The notes under the pieces were generated by a model, which was not told where the DNA came from, made no database searches, and saw only the letters and a list, made by a program, of their open reading frames with translations. A program made the position numbers and the translations under genes. A DNA stretch of 61,618 bases from Sulfurimonas sp. (GTDB taxonomy: Bacteria > Campylobacterota > Campylobacteria > Campylobacterales > Sulfurimonadaceae): assembly GCA_030654155.1 (NCBI GenBank), contig JAURYA010000094.1:1-61618 (forward strand), given 5' to 3'. The stretch's first letter is position 1; the number at the start of each line of letters is the position of its first letter. Positions 58,056-61,618 of this stretch are shown here, one piece after another.

Positions 58056-59016
58056 GATAGAATCAACCACTCTAGAGCAGGCATGTAAAGATGCGGCAAC
58101 TGCTTTAGGATGTTCTGCCAGTGAACTTATAATAGAGATTGTTCAATCCCCAAGCAGCGGTTTTATGGGACTTTTTAAAAAAAATGCAATTATAGTAGCT
58201 GCAAAGAAGAAGCAAGAGTTTAAAAAAGCAGATACGCAGTATGTACAAAAAGAGAGCCAAAAACAATACAATAAAGCAGAACCAAAAGCAGAGTCAAAGC
58301 CAAAGCAAGAGCCAAAAGCAGAGATAAAAATAGAGCCAAAGGCTGAAGCGAAAAAAGAGTTCAAACAAGATTTTAAAAAACCAAAAAAAGACAATGTAAC
58401 TCCTCCTCGCCATGCAGTAAATGATACATTTATGCCTCAATCGTTTGTTAGCATGCAAGATGATGATGATTATGATATGGCAGACATTAATTTTACCGCT
58501 GATTATGAAGAAGAAGATGAAGAGAAGCAAGGGAATAGTGTTCAAGCAGGTGTTAATGCATATGAAGTTGCAAAAACTATCGAGAGAGAGATAAATGAGC
58601 TTTTTGGGCTAATCTGTTTTAAAATTGATAAGATAAATGTTAGCGCATATGACGAGGCAACACTTCTTGTAGAGTTTAAAGGCGAAGATGCTGCTCTGCT
58701 TATAGGAAAAGAGGGGTACAGATATAAAGCGCTCTCATATATGATTTTTAACTGGATTAACACAAAATACCAGCTGCAGCTGCGTCTTGAGATTGCGGAA
58801 TTTTTGAAAAATCAAGAAGAGTCGGTAGCGAGATATCTAGTAACGGTTTGTGAAAATGTGGACAGAGACGGTCGTGCACAAACTAAAATACTTGATGGTG
58901 TTTTAATCCAAATCGCACTAAAAGAGCTTCGTGATAAATATCCAAACAAGTATGTAGCAGTTCGTTCTACTCGTGACGGGCTTAAATTTATCATTATAAA
59001 TGATTACCATAACTAA
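58048..59016 (+). CDS. jag: Jag/KhpB (EloR) family RNA-binding protein
   Basis: Jag N-terminal domain with GFMGLFKK; KH GxxG in LLIGKEG; between yidC and mnmE. Confidence 0.85.
   Translation: MIKIESTTLEQACKDAATALGCSASELIIEIVQSPSSGFMGLFKKNAIIVAAKKKQEFKKADTQYVQKESQKQYNKAEPKAESKPKQEPKAEIKIEPKAEAKKEFKQDFKKPKKDNVTPPRHAVNDTFMPQSFVSMQDDDDYDMADINFTADYEEEDEEKQGNSVQAGVNAYEVAKTIEREINELFGLICFKIDKINVSAYDEATLLVEFKGEDAALLIGKEGYRYKALSYMIFNWINTKYQLQLRLEIAEFLKNQEESVARYLVTVCENVDRDGRAQTKILDGVLIQIALKELRDKYPNKYVAVRSTRDGLKFIIINDYHN
58273..58353 (+). repeat. Degenerate coding repeat (KAE/EPK units) in the jag linker
   Basis: KAEPKAESKPKQEPKAEIKIEPKAEAK; DNA units AAAGCAGA and GAGCCAAA recur. Confidence 0.55.
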
Positions 59017-59021
59017 GCAAT

Positions 59022-60362
59022 ATGAATAGTGACACTATAAGTGCCATTGCGACAGCAAACGGCATAGGCTCTATAGCTATCATCCGCATTAGCGGAGATA
59101 GCGCTTTAGACATTGCAAAAAAACTTACATGTAAAAAAGATTTCTCCCCAAGATACGCAACCCTTACAAATATATACAACTCAGAGAGCGAACTTATTGA
59201 CGAATCCATCGTTATCTACTTCAAAGCGCCTTTTTCATTTACGGCAGAGGATGTTGTGGAGATTCAGTGCCACGGCGGTTTTATCGTTGCTCAGAGCATC
59301 TTAAAGGCGACTATCGCTTATGGAGCAAGACTTGCAACAGCAGGCGAATTTTCCAAAAGAGCTTTTTTTAACGGCCGAATTGATTTGAGCGAAGCGGAGG
59401 CTATTGCACAGCTGATAGAGGCAAAAAGCGAAGACGCTGCAAAGATATTGGCCCGTCAGATGAAGGGCTCGCTAAAAGAGTATATAGAAAAAATACGTGA
59501 CGATATCATCCATATACTCGCCTACTCTGAGGTAAGCATTGATTATGCAGAAGAGGATTTGCCGGAGGATTTGGTTTTGCAGATTAAGGCAAAGCTAGAC
59601 GAGCTGAAAAAATCTCTTGAGAAGACTTTGCTTGCAAGCAGGGCAAGAGAAGGGCTTATGCAGGGTTTTCGCGTGGCAATAATAGGAAAACCCAATGTAG
59701 GCAAAAGCTCACTGTTAAACGCACTGTTAAATTATAACCGTGCTATTGTCAGTGATATCGCTGGAACAACGAGAGATACAATTGAAGAGCAGGTAAAAAT
59801 AGGCACACATCTTATACGCATCGTAGATACGGCTGGAATTCGTGAAGCTAATGATGAGATAGAACGCATAGGGATTGAGAGAACGTTAGAGGCAATTAAG
59901 GAGAGTGACATAGTAATCGCGCTTTTTGACGGCTCCAGAGCAACTGATGGCGAAGATGAGCAGATAATATCTCTGATTAGTTCACACGCCAAAGATAAAC
60001 ATATTTTACATGTTAAAAATAAGATAGATTTAGAACCAAAATTTGTACATGTAGATATAAAATTTGATATTGAGTTAAACTCTAAAGAGAGTGTTGATGA
60101 GCTAATCCGCTCTTTGGAAAACATAATGAATAAAACAAACAGTTCCGATGAGATGATGCTTATATCCCAAAGACAGATATCAGCGGTAGAAAATACGCTT
60201 AAGCTTATTGATGAAGCACTGTTTCCTCTTCAAGACCAAGAGCTTGAGATATTCTCGTTTTGCCTAAATGAAGCCGTAAAAGAGATGGCTTCAATAACCA
60301 GACCTTTTGAAAATGATGAGATGCTTGATAAGATGTTCGGCAGCTTCTGTTTAGGAAAATAA
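59022..60362 (+). CDS. mnmE: tRNA modification GTPase
   Basis: DTISAIAT, SFTAEDVVE..CHGG, GKPNVGKSS, GTTRD, DTAGIR, NKID, C-terminal FCLGK. Confidence 0.97.
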   Translation: MNSDTISAIATANGIGSIAIIRISGDSALDIAKKLTCKKDFSPRYATLTNIYNSESELIDESIVIYFKAPFSFTAEDVVEIQCHGGFIVAQSILKATIAYGARLATAGEFSKRAFFNGRIDLSEAEAIAQLIEAKSEDAAKILARQMKGSLKEYIEKIRDDIIHILAYSEVSIDYAEEDLPEDLVLQIKAKLDELKKSLEKTLLASRAREGLMQGFRVAIIGKPNVGKSSLLNALLNYNRAIVSDIAGTTRDTIEEQVKIGTHLIRIVDTAGIREANDEIERIGIERTLEAIKESDIVIALFDGSRATDGEDEQIISLISSHAKDKHILHVKNKIDLEPKFVHVDIKFDIELNSKESVDELIRSLENIMNKTNSSDEMMLISQRQISAVENTLKLIDEALFPLQDQELEIFSFCLNEAVKEMASITRPFENDEMLDKMFGSFCLGK

Positions 60363-60758
60363 TTGAAATATATTGCTATAGATTTGGGCTTAAAAAGAAT
60401 AGGTTTGTCTTATTCGGCACATAAAGATTTGGTAACTCCGCTAAAAGCTGTTGAGCGAAAAAATCGAGACCAAGCCGCAAGAGATGTAAAAAAAGTTCTT
60501 GATGAGTGGGAAGTTGATGCCGTCGTAGTCGGCATACCCATGGGCGGAAGCAGTGAAGATGAGATGAAGCGCCGAGTAGCTCACTTTATGAATCTTGTTG
60601 ATTTTAAGGGCGAGATTTTTTTTCAAGATGAGAGCAACTCTTCAAAAGAGGCGGAGGGTATGATGAAGGGCGAGATAAAGCAGATTCGCGACGGGCGCAT
60701 CGACTCCATCTCCGCTATGATTATTTTGCAGAGGTTTTTGGCTAATAATAAAAGTTAG
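60363..60758 (+). CDS. ruvX: YqgF/RuvX family nuclease
   Basis: AIDLGLKRIG, VVG.P, DE..SS.EA, IDS.SA..ILQ. Confidence 0.93.
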   Translation: MKYIAIDLGLKRIGLSYSAHKDLVTPLKAVERKNRDQAARDVKKVLDEWEVDAVVVGIPMGGSSEDEMKRRVAHFMNLVDFKGEIFFQDESNSSKEAEGMMKGEIKQIRDGRIDSISAMIILQRFLANNKS

Positions 60759-60773
60759 TAAAAAAGTAATGTT

Positions 60774-61421
60774 TTAAACTTTTTTACTGAGTGCTTCAAT
60801 GTTGTCGCTGTTAGCAAGAACAACCAAAACATCGCCTTCTTCAAGAATATCATCGTTTTCAAAGGATGTATGCCACTCGCCTTGATGCTTGTATGCAATA
60901 GGCTTTACTTCAAACTCATCTTTAAATATAGGAGAGAGTATTGAAGTCCCAATCCAAAATGATGGCACTTTCATTTTAGCCAATTTCAAAGTTATGGAGA
61001 GATCAATAGTCTCATAGTGCATATTTTTAACAATTTTTTTAACCAATTTTTTTGCAGACTCCATCTCTGGATAGATTACTTTGGCTGCACCCAATTTTGA
61101 TAAAATTTGCCCATGCACTTGAGTAATTGCCTTGGCAAAAATTGTCTCGATGCCGAGCTCTTTAAGTGCCATAACGGTAAGTATACTCGCTTCAAGATTC
61201 TCTCCAATGCTTACAATGGCCATTTCTGCACCGGCTATTCCTGCTTCACTGAGTGCTTTTGGATCAGAAGAGTCAAGAACAATGGCATCTTGTACGAACT
61301 CGCCAATGTCTCTTATCTTCTCTTCGTCGTTGTCAATAGCAATAACTGCTTCCCCCTGTTGTGCCAACCCTTTGGCTACGTGGTATCCAAACTTTCCTAG
61401 TCCAATAACAACATATGTCAT
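60774..61421 (-). CDS. ktrA: TrkA/KtrA potassium uptake regulatory subunit
   Basis: VIGLGKFG Rossmann motif, L.K.GA..VI.PE, C-terminal TrkA-C domain. Confidence 0.92.
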   Translation of the reverse strand: MTYVVIGLGKFGYHVAKGLAQQGEAVIAIDNDEEKIRDIGEFVQDAIVLDSSDPKALSEAGIAGAEMAIVSIGENLEASILTVMALKELGIETIFAKAITQVHGQILSKLGAAKVIYPEMESAKKLVKKIVKNMHYETIDLSITLKLAKMKVPSFWIGTSILSPIFKDEFEVKPIAYKHQGEWHTSFENDDILEEGDVLVVLANSDNIEALSKKV

Positions 61422-61618
61422 ATAATAACCTTTCCTTCTGCATATTTAATACGGGTTTGCACCGCTTTGCCTACTATCACGATAGTAAATGCAAAAACAC
61501 CAATCCTGCCCATTAGCATAAGCAAGATTATGTTGAGTTTTCCTAAATCACTAAAGAGTGCACTATAACTTAACACACCGCCATTCCCGGTTGATATGCC
61601 CACTGTGGCAAACGCCGA
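61418..61618 (-). CDS. ktrB: TrkH/KtrB potassium uptake membrane subunit, C-terminal fragment
   Basis: SAFATVGISTG pore motif and M..GRIG; gene runs off the window end. Confidence 0.88.
   Translation of the reverse strand, partial: SAFATVGISTGNGGVLSYSALFSDLGKLNIILLMLMGRIGVFAFTIVIVGKAVQTRIKYAEGKVII

Noticed and set aside
1103-61425. The many 60-140 aa antisense or out-of-frame ORFs nested in long genes
   Set aside because: They are shadows of well-supported core genes and lack recognisable motifs.

Overview
A 61.6 kb AT-rich chromosomal window from a Campylobacterota (epsilonproteobacterial) bacterium. Gene order and content suggest a Sulfurimonas-like organism (inference, not a database match). 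Most of it is core genome: tal-pilT-rplY-pth-lptG-lysA-HAD-pheA-hisC-fliFGH-dxs; ctpA-purCSQ-plsC-crcB; aroK-hisD; hup; fba-cmoA; nth; clpB; rpmH-rnpA-yidD-yidC-jag-mnmE-ruvX; ktrAB. Notable parts: (i) an ovothiol synthase gene (ovoA) with a MalY/PatB-type C-S lyase downstream, separated by a two-gene insert (DUF4145/HEPN protein and a frameshifted ORF6N-PLD-like gene); (ii) a Tat-exported 1130-aa molybdopterin oxidoreductase with Fe-S and NrfD partners; (iii) several 60-110 bp palindromic intergenic elements, two of them clear copies of one ~101 bp three-hairpin repeat with compensatory base changes; (iv) small proteins missed by the ORF track or unexplained (a 57-aa four-Cys protein divergent from dUTPase, rpmH, a 117-aa four-CxxCH protein); (v) a HAIR-like operator over the clpB promoter and a possible non-canonical start for rnpA. 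I saw no rRNA, tRNA, CRISPR array, integrase or transposase. All calls are from motif recognition by eye; no searches were run.
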